A stretch of DNA of 64,000 bases from Chrysomallon squamiferum (taxonomy: Eukaryota; Animalia; Mollusca). The stretch covers positions 7,812,001-7,876,000 of the forward strand of contig CM022674.1 in the NCBI GenBank assembly GCA_012295275.1, written 5' to 3'. Of the stretch, positions 26,784-41,025 are shown piece by piece. The notes under the pieces were generated by a model. The model did not search any database and had not been told where the DNA came from. It worked only from the letters and a program-made list of their open reading frames with translations. The stretch's first letter is position 1. Every line of letters begins with the position of its first letter. The position numbers and the translations under genes were made by a program.

Positions 26784-29700
26784 CTTATAGACAGAGAACA
26801 AGTGACTATGAGTTTTTATGCCCGAAATTTAAAAAAAAAAAGTGCATTAACAAATTACTGCAGTTTATAATAAATTTCATCACAGCAGTATAATTCATGT
26901 TTTGTTTTAAGACTAAAGCTTTATTCTTACAAGTAGACAGTGTATTAGAAACTTTGTATTGGAGCGAAATCAAATATTCCATATCTCAGAATTTATTTTC
27001 TGTGATTTGTAAATAATCATCTCCATCGAGCAATTTCCTTTTGTTTGCTTTAACAATAAAAGCTGGCAGTGAAACACATACTTGTCTTGGTGACTTAATC
27101 TCACAGAATCAATCCATCAATCAAAGGAATCAATTCATTTCCCTTCGCTTTGATTCAGAAACCACTTCATTGATTCAGTAATTGGTTTTTATGAGGTGTT
27201 TTTTCATCTGCATTCAGCAGTATCAGTTTTGTCCAGTGGACTTGTTACTGCTTATTGACAACACTGGTATTTTTTTTTAAAAAAGAGAAAAGAAAAATAA
27301 ACAAAAAGAAAACAGCTTGTATCGATTTCCATTTGATACCGGAACAAATTCGGTTCAGTCATTATTTCTGTGATAATTTGATAAAATTACTTTTAATGGT
27401 ATTAATTTACTATGTGCATTAATTCAAAAATGTAATAGTCATCTTTTTTTTTATTATTGTTATTATGTTTTTAATATATTATTATTTATTTTAATTTTAT
27501 TATTTATGTTGTTATTATTATTAGTAGTAGTAGTAGTATTAGTTTAGTATTATTATCATCTTTTTTATTATTTTTTTTATTAATATTTTTTTTTTTTTTA
27601 GTACATGATAATTTGATAAAATTACATTTAATGGGATAATTTACTGAGTATTAATTTGAAAATATTGTGGTAATTTAGGATGAAGAAAATAAAGGTGCTT
27701 TTGTTTCTTCTTTTTTCCCAAAATTTCTTCTAAAAACAATTATTAAAAAAATTAAAATGTTTTTTTTCTTTCCTTTTATCTTTGTGTTTAAATATTTGTG
27801 GATCAATGTTTTATTTTCCCATGAGAAATTTTGTATTTTGTATTTTTTGTAATAGCACTTAGTTATTTTACAGACTTACTTTTTTTTTTTCAGTCAATTA
27901 ATATTTATTTTGTATTTAAAGTCAGTGGTACGTGCTGTCACAATGCCTGTATATTGAAAGCAAAGGAATTTTAATTTTTTTAAATAGTAAGTTAAAATTA
28001 ATTATCATCTTTTCTTTTATTGTTAATAGTATTTAATGATCTAAGGAGTTCAAATTACTAAACATTTCAGTCATTCTTTGTACCTTTTGAAGAAGCATAT
28101 CAGATGCATTAAAAGTTATATTGTCTGTGAGTCATATGAACTGTCTGTGATCTTGTGAATCTGCTGTTCTCCAGTCTGATATCTATACTGCGCAGTTAGC
28201 TATCAGTGTCATGAAGTTTCTTGTTTTGTAATGTTGAGTGCAGTGTCTGTGTTGGGAAGTCTAGTGTTTTTTGAAGTCTTTTGTCTATATTTAAATGGTT
28301 CAAGGACAGTCAGGGAATCAGACATTGTTTGTTTCAGATGTTTATACTCAGTTTATGGTCATATGAAACTCCATGTTTATTGAAGAGTTGTGGTTGTTTA
28401 CGTCATTATTATTAAATGGTTTACTCGCAAATGAAAATTTCATAGCATTGTTACTATCCATTATTGTTTATTATCACATTAAAACTGGAATTTATTTTCA
28501 GCAATAGAAATTTGTAGCTAACAGCATTTTACAATATCTGCTTATATAAAAGATTTTGTTATTTTATTAATTTATTTTCAAAAATATACAAGAATAAGTT
28601 TAAAGATTTTTGAGTGAATCAGTATTTTAAAATTGGAACATTTTTATGGCTCTTTCATTTATACAGTTAGAAATAATTTAAAAAGTAACATTTTATTAAT
28701 TAAAAATAACACTGACTGCAAGAGAGAGTTTATATTCTAAGTGTGATATACAGCTTGTATTACATACACATTACCAACGACATTGTTATACAGTAACAGA
28801 CAAAAGACAAATACAAAAGGTGAGCTCATTTTTTACACCTAGTTAACAGCTACCTGCTTCAACAGCACATTCCATGAATTCCGTGTGTCTGGGTTACTGA
28901 CAAGGTGGAGCTATACTGAATTGTGGACTCTTTGTGGTTTGTCACTCAGATCATTGACACCATTCAGAGTTCCGTTTTCCTACCTCCCACTATGAAGAGT
29001 GCACAAAACTGAACAGGTCAAATGAATTCTGTTTCAGTCTGGTGTGTATTTAAAACACATTGGTTAAGCTTGTGTTGAATTTAGTTCATAAATTATTTCT
29101 TTAGACTAAAATTAATGGAGGTTTTTGGTGGGGTTTTTTGGTGGGGTGGTGAAAATTCATATTTAGTTTCTTCTTAAATTTTTAATGGCACTTTGAAAGT
29201 CTGTTGTCATTATAGCAGTTTTAGAATAAAAATTTAAGTAGAAAAAACTCATCAAAGATGCTAATATAAAAAAATGATAATAAAAATAAACATATTTTCT
29301 TTCTTATATATATATATGTCCATAATACCAATACTAGCAGAACAGTAGACTCCACTTTAATAATTAAAACAATTTCTATATTTAATTTAATGTTTGATAG
29401 ACAGGTTAGCACATACCACAAAAAAAAAATCATTCTGTTCATTCCACACTAGTTATATTTATCCTTTATATAATATTACATAATCCTTTATTCTTTGAGT
29501 GATATTAAGACAGATAATGCAACTATTTTAACACCAAACTGAAAAAATACAAGAAAAGGAATAAAAACAGAAACAACAATTCCAGGAACTTCACAATGAC
29601 ATCAATAAAACCAAACATTTAATGTAACTATCAAAATAATTAATCACCTACCTCTGCTACTGATATCAAATGTTAGACTTGATGCCATGAATGAATGTTA

Positions 29701-30007
29701 AATCATGAATGAACTGGCTTAAAGGATTTAATTTTAGACATCAAACATGTCAGTTAGTAATATGATCTGTGACAAAGTTAAGTTACCGAGTTTCGCCACA
29801 TTTTTTTATGCAATAAATACCTGATATTTGATACAGTTTTTAATAAATGCATGTTAAATTATTAAAAAAAGAAAAAAAGCAGTGATTAATAGTTATTATT
29901 TTGACCATAGCATTTAATAACTTAAATACCACATTATCTCTGTTAAAAATGTTAATTAATATAAGATAATAAGAATGATAATTAATACTTATTGTGATAA
30001 TAAAACT

Positions 30008-30059
<52 letters not shown>

Positions 30060-32744
30060 AATTTTTTATATTGATTTTGCAGCTGACATTTATCTGTTTG
30101 AGATATATATATTTAAAAAAATTATTTAACTGAAATTGAGTTTAAGCTGTTTTTACTCTCTCTCTCACTGGTCTTTCTCTAACCTCAGTAAAGATATATC
30201 AGTTAAAAAATAGAAAGTAAGAATATGAATTTTAAAAATATCTCTGGTAGATAAATTTTGAGAGACAAACATGTAGAAGAAATATATAAATTTATAAATA
30301 AAAAGCATATTTAGATAAAAAAACAACAACATAGTGAATGCAGATACCTTGTTTTTAATGTAATCTTTGTGTAAATTTATGTAAATTTACAACTCCGAGA
30401 AGTGTAGATAAAATATGTACAATAGCTGACCTTTAACCTGGAATGAAGAAAGTAGAATGCAAATTAATGTCTCTGGGGAGGCTGAATAAAATGCAGCTTG
30501 TTGACAGAAGCCATTACACAAACACCAGGTACTCTCGCACTAAATCTGTCTGAAATGCAAATCACCAGGTCTCACATAACATTTTAAAAGTGCAGTAACA
30601 GTAAATAAAAACCATTTATTGGTATCTTTTGTGATGCTTGCTTTTATGGGTGTGTGTTTTTGGTTCTGTTTTAAATGCCATTGTTTGAGGCTATCAGTCC
30701 ATCTGGGTTTTTGTTACCTGTTGTGTTCATACTAATTTAATTTTTACCTTGCCAAAGTTCATTCAGAGTTGATTTTTCATTGGTGATGAAATGTGTTGGT
30801 TAAACAGTAACACTACAGACTTCAAAAATAAAAAATATAATTCTGTTCAGTTGAGTGGAAAATATTGTTTTATTGTTATTATATTTATTTTGTTTTCTTT
30901 ATTTACTGAATTTTATTTTGTTTTATTTTATTATTTATTGTCATTTAAATTTTCATGTGTTTTATTTTATGCTACATATTTACTTACTTGTTTTTTTTTT
31001 AAATATTTGTCTTTATATTTTAAGAATATTCATATATATCTTTATATTTGTTTAATAGTTTTCTCTGTGTTAATACTTACAACATATGGAAAAATAAGTA
31101 AAATGATTTTATTAAATATCATTAAGTGTTATAAAAGTTAATTTAAATTATTAATCTCAAAATAAATAAATAAAAATCAGGAAGAAAAGAAAACTTTAGG
31201 ATAAATTTGTTTTTCTGATGACTTTAATAAATATATTGAAAATATTTGAAGCTTAATACATGAAAGGTTAAATTCATGTTTTTGACATTTGTATTGAAAC
31301 AAAATTAATAATAAAAATAATAAAAATAAAATAAATAAATTTTAAAATAAATTGTTATATTTGGTAGGAAAAAAGTTAAAATATTTATAATAATGAGATA
31401 TCTGAAAATTTCAGGATCAGATATTGACATGTGTAACTTGTTTTGTTTGAAACAATTTTTGAAGCAATATTTGAATGGAATTTTACTTGGCTTATCCTAA
31501 ATGGTAGACTTTACTTTTAGTTCACAGAATTGCTTCATTTTGTAATAGTCATGAAAGCACATACCACCAATTTTTACACATGAATTAATTAGGCCTGATC
31601 TTTAAAGTTTATTATTTGAAATAATAAATTAGTAAAAATGATAAATTTAAAAATTTAAAATACAAAATTCTATATTCAAAATAAATAAAAATAAAAAGTA
31701 AAAGAAATAAACTGAGGTTAGGAATGGAATGGAAGCCATTTAGCTAATGCATTCTGGGTATTTGAACATGAGATAATGCCCACCACTGAGCGGGACAGAG
31801 AGTAAACAGAGACAGAGAGAATAAATCCTTATACCAATAACACATAACGACCAGCATATGTAAGCAAAATGCTGTACTTTTGTTGTGTGCTTATAAAAAT
31901 GAGCTTTCTACGACACAGCTTACCTCTCTTTAGCCATAGCGATGTTGCCATGATGAGGTCCATTCTGTTGAAGAGGTTGGACAAACAAAGAAGAATATTT
32001 TTGTAGTATTGATGTGAAATATTGGTTCTGTTGTAATCCATTTGAAGATGAAACCACTTCAGCTGTTTAATTTTCTATTAGCAGTGTTTAGTTTTGGAGC
32101 AAAATCAACAAAGACTGGGTCTTGTTGGGTTATAAACAAGAAAGCAGTTAGCATGGTCTGTGATTGTAGTGTATATTTTATGATGGATATCAACTGAATG
32201 CAGATACCCTGTGTTATAATGTAAATTTATAAATCCAAGATGAATATCATTTAACTCTATAGTCACTATGCAAACCAGATAGTGATTCTTATTTTAAATT
32301 ATATACCTTGTTTTGTTTTATGATTTTTTTTTTTAAATGGTTTTTGTTTTTTAAATTTATATAAAGTAATATCAGCAACAAAACCCCCAATGCACTAGGA
32401 GCTCAGGCAGAAAGTGTGAGTGAAAGATAGAGACAGAGGTACAAGAGAAACATAGAGAAAGAAACAAATAAAGGAAACAGGTACAAGTTGAAAAGATAGT
32501 GAGAGAGAGAGAAATAGTCTAGTGTGAAAATTTAGAGAGATGTGACATATACTGAGGAATATAAATTTGACAAATTGAAATGACACAGCATAAATCAGTA
32601 ATCATGTCTGTTTATATACAATGCTGCGTGAAAAAACAATAATCACCAGGCATTTGTTAACAGGGTAGTCTACCAGCTGTAAAACATTATTTACTTTGAC
32701 AGAGCAGTGTAATTTAGGCATATTCTTTAATACCTTCTCACAAC

Positions 32745-33050
32745 TAAGTGACGTGTAATATTTTGAGTATTAACTTTTCATGTTACTACGCCTGTGCAAT
32801 AAATCATGTAATATTTCACGCAGGGTGGAATACGGCACAAAGTACAAAATACTTCGATAATCCTCGAATCATACCCAGTTATTGTACTCAGACGGGTGTC
32901 GTTTGATCTTAACACACTCAACACTAATCGTGGCCAATCACGTGTGGAAATGAAGCCTCTCAAAGCAAGTCTGTGACTGGCGGGTGAATGAGGTGGATTA
33001 GCTATTGTCATAATGATATATCATGTGTGTCTGCCACGCTATCTTCACAG
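32745..33050. promoter_or_regulatory. Intronic CpG-retaining island; candidate enhancer or further alternative promoter
   Basis: Dense CpGs in an otherwise CpG-depleted intron, with TGACGT (~32749) and GGCCAATCACGTG (CCAAT box abutting a CACGTG E-box, ~32931-32943). Confidence 0.45.
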
Positions 33051-33324
33051 TGCTGTCATATATTTGTGTAAAGGAGGTTCTCACCTATGTTCTTGTCTTA
33101 ATAATCGGTTAATTAGTTTTTATGGTGGAAACAAATTTGTTGGTGCTTTTTTGTTGTAGTTGCATACATACATAAGGTCTGTTGTTCATATTTTTAATAT
33201 CACTGAAACTGGATGGAGCAATAAAAAATGTGTGTGTCTGTCTGTCTGCATGGTCATCTTCCCTCTTTTCTTTATTAATCTGTCTGTGTGTGTGTGTGTT
33301 GTGCTGTTTTTATGTCTATACATC

Positions 33325-33357
<33 letters not shown>

Positions 33358-36300
33358 GAGAGACAGACAGACAGACTATACTAAATAGTAATAGCTGATG
33401 ATTTTGAAAATTGATATTACTCAAGAAATATAACAAAATTAGATTAATTTTTAACCTAGTAGTCACCTTCATGACCTTTTAGACCTCCAAAGTATCTATA
33501 GCAAAGTCCATAATTATTGATAAGGAGCAATATCATTTTTATTTCATGTTATTTAAGCAAGCTTGTTATGGACATAACTCCTAATGTTTTCAGAATGTCG
33601 CTAGTCTGGGATTACTGATGTATAACTGAGAGGTGAACAGTTGACCCAGTTCTAGAAAGATCAGAGAAACTTGGTTTGTTTAGTGCTTTGCTTAGTGACT
33701 GTCCACTTCTGCTCTCTGTTTGACTCTTAGAGATTAACTCAGATTAAGTACTCTTAGAGATTAGTGGGGGCGGAGCTCTCATCGTCATGGTAATGGTTGT
33801 TAAGATATTATGACAGTGTGATTTATGCTACTTGTAATGAAAATGTGATACCTAATGGCAATGGTGTTTAACATATTATTATTTTTATTTCATATTCATT
33901 GACTAATAAATTCATTAATTTATTCATTTACTCTGTCAGTATTAGTTTGTCGTTTGAACTTGATTTTTTGGTTTAACATAAACCTTAATTTTTCAGGTAT
34001 ATCATTGTGAACTAAATATATTTTATTTCTTTTATTGTAAACTTGCTTCAATCATTTTGTATGTGTGAACATATTTGTTGTGAACTACATTGTCCACCTC
34101 TGCCAATGTGAACTTACTTTACTCATATTGTCTTGCTGTTAACATTCTCTTAGTGTGAATGTAGTTTGCTAACTTTTGGATGTGTGAACTGACTCAATTC
34201 ATTTCTCTTAAAGGACATATTTTGAGAATATGAACAATTACAGCTTTTTTTTTTAAGCATTGTGATCCCTGAGCTATATATCCCAAAGAAAAAACCCAGT
34301 AATAATAATAAAAAAATAACTAAATATAGAAATAATTAAAAAAAAGAACACGAAATCTCCTTCATTTCTTACTGACAGTTCTAGCAGTTATACACACTTA
34401 AACATTCCAGACATTATGAAATTTGAAGTAGAGATTTGTTTTCCATTCGTCGTTTCATTTGCTATAACAGTCTTAATTTGATATGTTGGCCATATATCAA
34501 GAGATTATGTGATGTAATGGGTAAACCTGTTTTTAACTACAAACAATAAATTATACAACCTCCTTCACAACACTGTATACTTGTATTTGCGCAAAGAGGT
34601 GACATACCAGTTAACCACAAAGGACTGAAAACAGCTGTACGTGTTATGTACAAGGAGACTGATATAATGGGCACCTTTAACGTGCACTTGCTATTATTTC
34701 TGAATAAAGGTATTCATAATGTAACCTATGTATAAAGGTCACCTTTTCAAAGTGAACAGTTTTTGAAATAAGTACTAAATGCATTTAGAATAAAGAAAGG
34801 AAACTAATACTTTGAATGTTCATTCAGATGTAGAGTAGTGGAACCTGTTGTGAATTTTAAGTTATAAAAGCTATAACTCTCTCTCTCTCTTTCTCATTCA
34901 CAGAAACACACACACACATACACACATTCACATACACACATTTTCACACTCACATACAAACACATGCACAAACAGAGTGACACAAACAGACATACATATA
35001 TACAGAGAGGCATACACACCCAAAACAGAAACATAAGATATAAACACAAAGACAAAAACAGGCACTTATCATTTGCTTCTGTTTAAACATATTAACAGTT
35101 GACGTATGTATGTGAGTATACATATGTTTGTGTGCATGTGCTTACTTTTCATATTTGATTTGTTTTTGTCATACACAAGAATGTGTTTGTAATGTTGGTG
35201 TCAGTATGTTATAACAACACTTCAGTTAAAACATTTCCATTCATTTCTCTGTGTTGTACAATTTGATATTGTACTCATTCACTAAACTGCTGTTTTTAAT
35301 GTATGTTTTATTTAAGTCAGACCATGCACCAGTAACTGTACAATTGAACAGAAATGGATACATCCTCTTAACATGCAAGGCTACACTTTCATTTACCTTT
35401 GCTACGTTCTTATTTTACATGTAGTAAAAACACAGACGCTTGATTTCTTGTGTCTGTGAGCAATAACATTTCTTTTGTTACCTGGTTTCCTTTAACCCTG
35501 AGATGTCCTCAACTGTCAGCAAGATTAAAAAAAAAAAAAAAGTAAAAAAAAAAATCATAGGATGCCCTTTCAAACAAAAATGTCCAACAATAAAATCTTT
35601 TATTTTGAGTTGTACTTTAACTGATGAAGTATCAAATTACAACTGCATGCTTAATTGAATCAAGGTAAATGAAGTCCTTCATTGATACAATCATTTACAT
35701 TCATTTGTAGTCTCTTTTAAGCTGTATTATCTATCTGCAGTATTTAGAAACATCCAAAATGTATTTACTTTCATTCATGGACAGTGATCTCTGTTGATTC
35801 ATCCCATTTTCTGTTATGTTGAGCCTGTCTTGTTTATATAATATATAATCTCATGGATATGTATGCTATTGTTAGAAACAGTTGATGCATGTGTTTTTGC
35901 ACCAGAGACAGTAATGTGCATGCCTACATCCATTAGCTTTCAGTTACGAATACATTTATCATATACCAGATGGCTAAAAAGAGTCTATAATACTTTCTTC
36001 TGCCTACAATAAGGATGCAATGATAAAATCTTTTGTACTCTTTTAAGATCTGTTTTCATCTAGGATCATTCATATGATGCGTTTACTCAAGATCTGTGAT
36101 ATACCTCCTTTTATTACACTTTTGTGTTATATATTCTCATCTTGTTATAAGCAGTTCACGCATGCTTTTATGCACCAATGTCAACAAGGTACATTGGCCT
36201 ATGATTTTATATCCATTAGTGCACATACATAGATATACATCCTGCCAAGTATGATGACTAGATAAATTTATATATTTGCAGTCACTGACCAGTTTATTTA

Positions 36301-37054
36301 TATATATATATTGTTAAAAGTTACTTCTTTAATTGTTTAATTGCTGGTTTAAATCTTCATAAGTTATTTTGAAAGTGGTTTTAAAAAAGACAAATTGTTA
36401 TATTTAAAAACTATTTTCTTTTGATATATAGTTTTTGTAGGTAACAATGAAATCAGAGTTGGGAATCTGGTACTCTCAATAATGGGGAGAAATAAAATAG
36501 TTAATTTCATTCAGTTTTTGTATTATGTAGGGTTGCATTTCATATGGAAAAAACAACCAGATACTGTCATAAGATAACAGCTTTATCCTGCAGAGGCTTG
36601 AATACCAAAACAAAATCAAGGCTCATGAAATGACTCAATCCAACTTTGAATAACCTCACTGAATCGGGGCATTCTAACCTTTACAGTCACACCATGCTGA
36701 CTTGCACCAGGGACAATAACATGCAACGATGCCGTGAAGAGGTGTATACAATAACACAGGTATCTGAGACAAGATCTAACCTGGTAGACTGCTGTACAGA
36801 ACAGCTCCTATGATCTCCTGTCAAAGAACCCTACTGATACCTATCTCGTTTCCGACACAATCTACCTGGAAAATCGGTCTTACCTCACCCTGAGTCTGGG
36901 ATCACCACCTTCCTAAGATATCAGTCCACATTGATACTTCTACCTGTGACATCAAAAGAACAGTTTTCGTGTTGTTTGAAGACTAACAGATTGAAATGCA
37001 ATGAGCGTGAAAAGTGTACTGCACACAGGATGAAAAGAAGCACGTACACATGAA

Positions 37055-37186
37055 GTGTGAGATCAGCACCTGCAGAGTGAGATCATTCTGTGGTGTGACA
37101 TCAGCACCTTTTGTGTGAGATCAGCACCTGCACAGTGAGATCATTCTGTGAGATCAGCACCTTTTGTGTCAGACTGTGCACCTGTG
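37055..37186. repeat. Short imperfect repeat of GTGAGATCAGCACCT / GTGAGATCATTCT units
   Basis: About 7 related ~14-20 bp units, several containing CACCTG. Confidence 0.8.
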
Positions 37187-37542
37187 TATTATTTTTGTAT
37201 TGTGTGTGTATTGTTTGTGGGTTGTTTGTGTACTTCGTGTTAGACTTTCAATGTGTTAGCTTTCACAGTGTGAACTAATTGGTTCAGTAGTCAACTGAAA
37301 TTTAATTTTTGATATGATTAGGGATTTTTAAAGTGCCATGGTCTTGTATTGATACAAATACTTGACACTGTTATTAAATTCATTACAGCTAGATAGTAAT
37401 CTAATTTACTATTTAGTTACTTTTGTTTTCTTTATTTACATTCACAAGTAGATCTTTAAATGTTTTTGTTTCACTTTGAACTAAGAGTTACATATAGTTG
37501 GAGAGAAACAGTCTTTAAAAGGCTTATTTGGTTTTTTTAACT

Positions 37543-38110
37543 AACAGATTTGTATTTCACTACATGGAGGTATGTCTAAGACACTTATATAACAGATTTG
37601 TATTTTACTACATGGAGGTATGTCTAAGACACTTATATAACAGATTTGTATTTTACTACATGGAGGTATGTCTAAGACACTTATATAACATTTGTATTTT
37701 ACTACATGAAGGTATGTCTAAGACACTTATATAACAGATTTGTATTTTACTACATGGAGGTATGTCTAAGACACTTATATAACAGATTTGTATTTCACTA
37801 CATGGAGGTATGTCTAAGACACTTATATAACATTTGTATTTTACTACATGAAGGTATGTCTAAGACACTTATATAACAGATTTGTATTTCACTACATGAA
37901 GGTATGTCTAAGACACTTATATAACATTTGTATTTTACTACATGAAGGTATGTCTAAGACACTTATATAACAGATTTGTATTTTACTACATGGAGGTATG
38001 TCTAAGACACTTATATAACATTTTTATTTTACTACATGAAGGTATGTCTAAGACACTTATATAACAGATTTTTATTTTACTACATGGTGGTATGTCTAAG
38101 ACACTTATAT
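37543..38110. repeat. Minisatellite, 12 copies of a 48/46-bp unit (AACAGATTTGTATTTTACTACATGGAGGTATGTCTAAGACACTTATAT)
   Basis: Near-perfect tandem copies, counted directly: 8 of 48 bp and 4 of 46 bp. Confidence 0.97.
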
Positions 38111-39809
38111 AACTGGCAATAGCACTGGATGAGAATCAAAACAGCTGACACAGATTTACAATTTGCTGACCCACACCTGACTTCAGAGTAGACAGGTGGT
38201 GACCCTGGACAACCTCACTTGACTGCCTACCTGCTTTTGTTACACCTGTAGCCTCAGGTAACACAAATAAAGAAAGAAAACTTAGACAGTAAATTGATTT
38301 GTGAAGCATGAACTTTTGTACAAACATTGCCCGAAGCCTGAAACACATGTCCAGTAAATCACACAGCATGCATTGAGTTAAAAAACTCATCATCTGCAAG
38401 TTGTAGAACGAGTCTAGATTAGAGTTAGAATGATCTCTTAATTTATTAACTGTCTGTAATATGGAAAATTCTAATGTATTAATATTTTTCTAGATTACAG
38501 TTTGAAAGAGAATAATTTGTATATATAAATATAAAGGGTGTCTGCAATATATTAATGTTATCCATTTTTAATCATGTGATACAAAAGAAAATGAAAAATG
38601 ATTTGTGCAAAATTACTAACTGGAATGAGTCTTCAGTTTTCTCATTGGCACAAACTTGTGTAATATTTTACTTAATAAGTGAAATAAACCATGGCATGTA
38701 TGTTGTAAATATATATTTGTGTCATTTAAATGTGTATATTCATGATTATTAATGTGTATATGTTTGTAAGCATGTATGAATGACTGAAAAAGCTAGTGAT
38801 CGCAGAGTATGTGTGTATGTATGTGTGTCTCTTTGTCTGTGTTGTTCTGGTTAGATGTTAAATAATTTTTTCCATATTGTAACAAAACAAATCTTGGTAG
38901 TTTGTTTTTCAGATGCACATTTCTTTAAAAAGTGATTTTGGCATGTTGTTCTTATTACCATAGAAAACCATTTAAAATTTTTTTTTGAAAAATTACAACT
39001 GCTTATTTGCCCAGTTAACATTTATATACAAAATACGTAGACAGTCCACTGGGATTCAACAACCATAACATAAGAAAATTAGAGAACCATTTATTGTCAT
39101 CATCCTGTACAGGCTTGTTAATCTGATGATTCAGTCTGTTGTTATTATTTCTCATAAACTTGATTACGTTCATTTAGTGGCTCAATCTAATTATTTAATT
39201 TCTCATGGGCAATGACCAAAGTGCAAATTAACTTTGAAATTTGGTGATGTATGTGAAGCTTTTAGCCATTTATCTGTATAATCTGTATAATAATCTAAAA
39301 TAATACTGAATTTTGGATCTTTGATTTTTGTCTTTGTTTAACATATAAAAGGATATACTGAAACTTTATTTCAATTTTTTTTTATTTTTTTTTTATTATT
39401 ATTTTTTTTATGAACTGTAGACAATTTTTTTTTATGGGACTCAGTCTAATATGATTTTTGGTTTAACTCTTCCAGCTAGTTATGTATTTGTTTTCATGTG
39501 TGTGTGTATGTGTTTAATTGTTTGTTGTTAAATAAATATTTATAAAATTATTTAACCATTAAAAATCTGGTGAGCATGTTTATAAGAGCTGTTTTTTTGT
39601 TTTTTAAAACTTTCTTTGTGTTGAATGCCTGTTGCCAGAATCTTGTCATTTCTATACAAGTCAGCATGTGTAGCCTGAAATACCAGTTATAAAAACTTAC
39701 TGAATAAACACATATTTAAACTACCCATATTAACAATGATTTCATATTATTTTTATAAAATTGTAATACCAATGAGGAATAACACTACAAACATTTTATA
39801 TAGGTTATG

Positions 39810-39995
39810 ATAATGAATAAGCAGTAAGAGATCTTTATTTTCACCTTCCCATAAACTCAGATCTAAATACGACTGGCATATTTGTAAATACAGTAAAGTG
39901 ACAGCAAACACTAACTTTTGTTTTGAGTAAGTAGCAAGAGATCTTTATATGCTTTTCTTTCTATAGAGGACAGCACAAACCACTGAATTTGGTTT
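39810..39995 (+). mobile_element. Decayed copies of a short dispersed repeat (SINE/MITE-like)
   Basis: The motif TAAG(C/T)AG(T/C)AAGAGATCTTTAT...(CACC)TTCCCAT occurs twice here, with looser copies near 3930, 16010, 52105 and 54295. Family not identified. Confidence 0.45.
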
Positions 39996-40139
39996 TGAAT
40001 GTGAAAAAGTTCAATCAGACTACTAATGCAAATTGATAGTGAGATCCACTGGTCGCAATCGCAGTACATACTTTTAAAGAGGTGTGACTACTGAAAAGTT
40101 GTAGTACTGCTGTTTTACATCTGCTAATTAGTTTTGTGT

Positions 40140-40368
40140 CATGATGCCACTACATACAAGTCTTTATATTGAAGGATTAACTATGTGCCATCAAGACTAG
40201 ATAGTGGGAGTCAGTACTGAGACATGATCCTACTTCATACCAGTCTTTAAACTGAAGGATTAACCATGTGCCATCAAGACTAGATAGTGGGAGTCAGTAC
40301 TGAGACATGCTCCCACTACATATTGGTCTTTAGACAAAAGGCTTAACCATGCGCCATCATGACTGGTT
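40140..40368. repeat. Tandem duplication, ~2.5 copies of an ~83-bp unit
   Basis: GAAGGATTAAC.ATGTGCCATCAAGACTAGATAGTGGGAGTCAGTACTGAGACATG occurs at 40171 and 40254, with a partial third copy. Confidence 0.9.
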
Positions 40369-40859
40369 AAAAAGAAAGGAATTAAATATTTTATTTTTCC
40401 ACCTCTTGAGATTTCTAAACTTTGAAAGCTTTGCCTGATAAATGGACATCAAAGAAGGTTATTTTTCTGCTTTATTTAACACTTGTCACATTCTGTGAGC
40501 TGTGGGTGAGTTGCGTGTCAGGTTTTGATTTTTGTTTTGAAAGCACACACAATCCGGTTAGATCAAATCAGATAGCCTGCCAACAGAATGGAGCTATTTC
40601 CTGATTGGAACGTCTCTCTGTATGGATAAAGTGACGTCTGCAGAAAAACACTGAACTTGAGCTGTATGATCCCCTCATTTCTCAACATTCTCTTGTTTGA
40701 CTCCACTATTTGACTGTGTGGCTCCATGCTGATGGCCACTTTTGATATAAGAAATCAATCTTTAGTACCACTTGTGTGTCCATGAGAGGAGCATATCAGT
40801 GAAATCAGTGAAAAAAAATTATATGTAGAAGTGACATGCAGATGAAATACTGTAACAGC

Positions 40860-41025
40860 TTACTTAGCTGATAATCTAGTTACTTTATGGTCAGTAAAGT
40901 TTGGTATACATTAATATTATTATTACTTATGTAGCTGATAATCTAGATATTTTATAGTCAGGAAAGATTGGTATACACTAATATTTTATTACTTATTTAG
41001 CTGATAATCCAATTACTTTATTGTG
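40860..41025. repeat. Diverged tandem repeat, ~2.5 copies of an ~66-bp unit
   Basis: TAGCTGATAATC recurs at ~40865, 40932 and 40998 with similar flanks. Confidence 0.75.

Noticed and set aside
36420-36450. AG|GT recursive-splice candidates in the long intron (e.g. TTTTTGTAG|GTAACA at 36440, TTTTTCAG|GTATAT at ~33997)
   Set aside because: The donor halves are sub-consensus and such motifs are expected by chance in AT-rich sequence; no support without nascent-RNA data.
37543-38110. Possible CRISPR array
   Set aside because: The units are contiguous near-identical copies with no unique spacers, in a eukaryotic intron with no cas genes.
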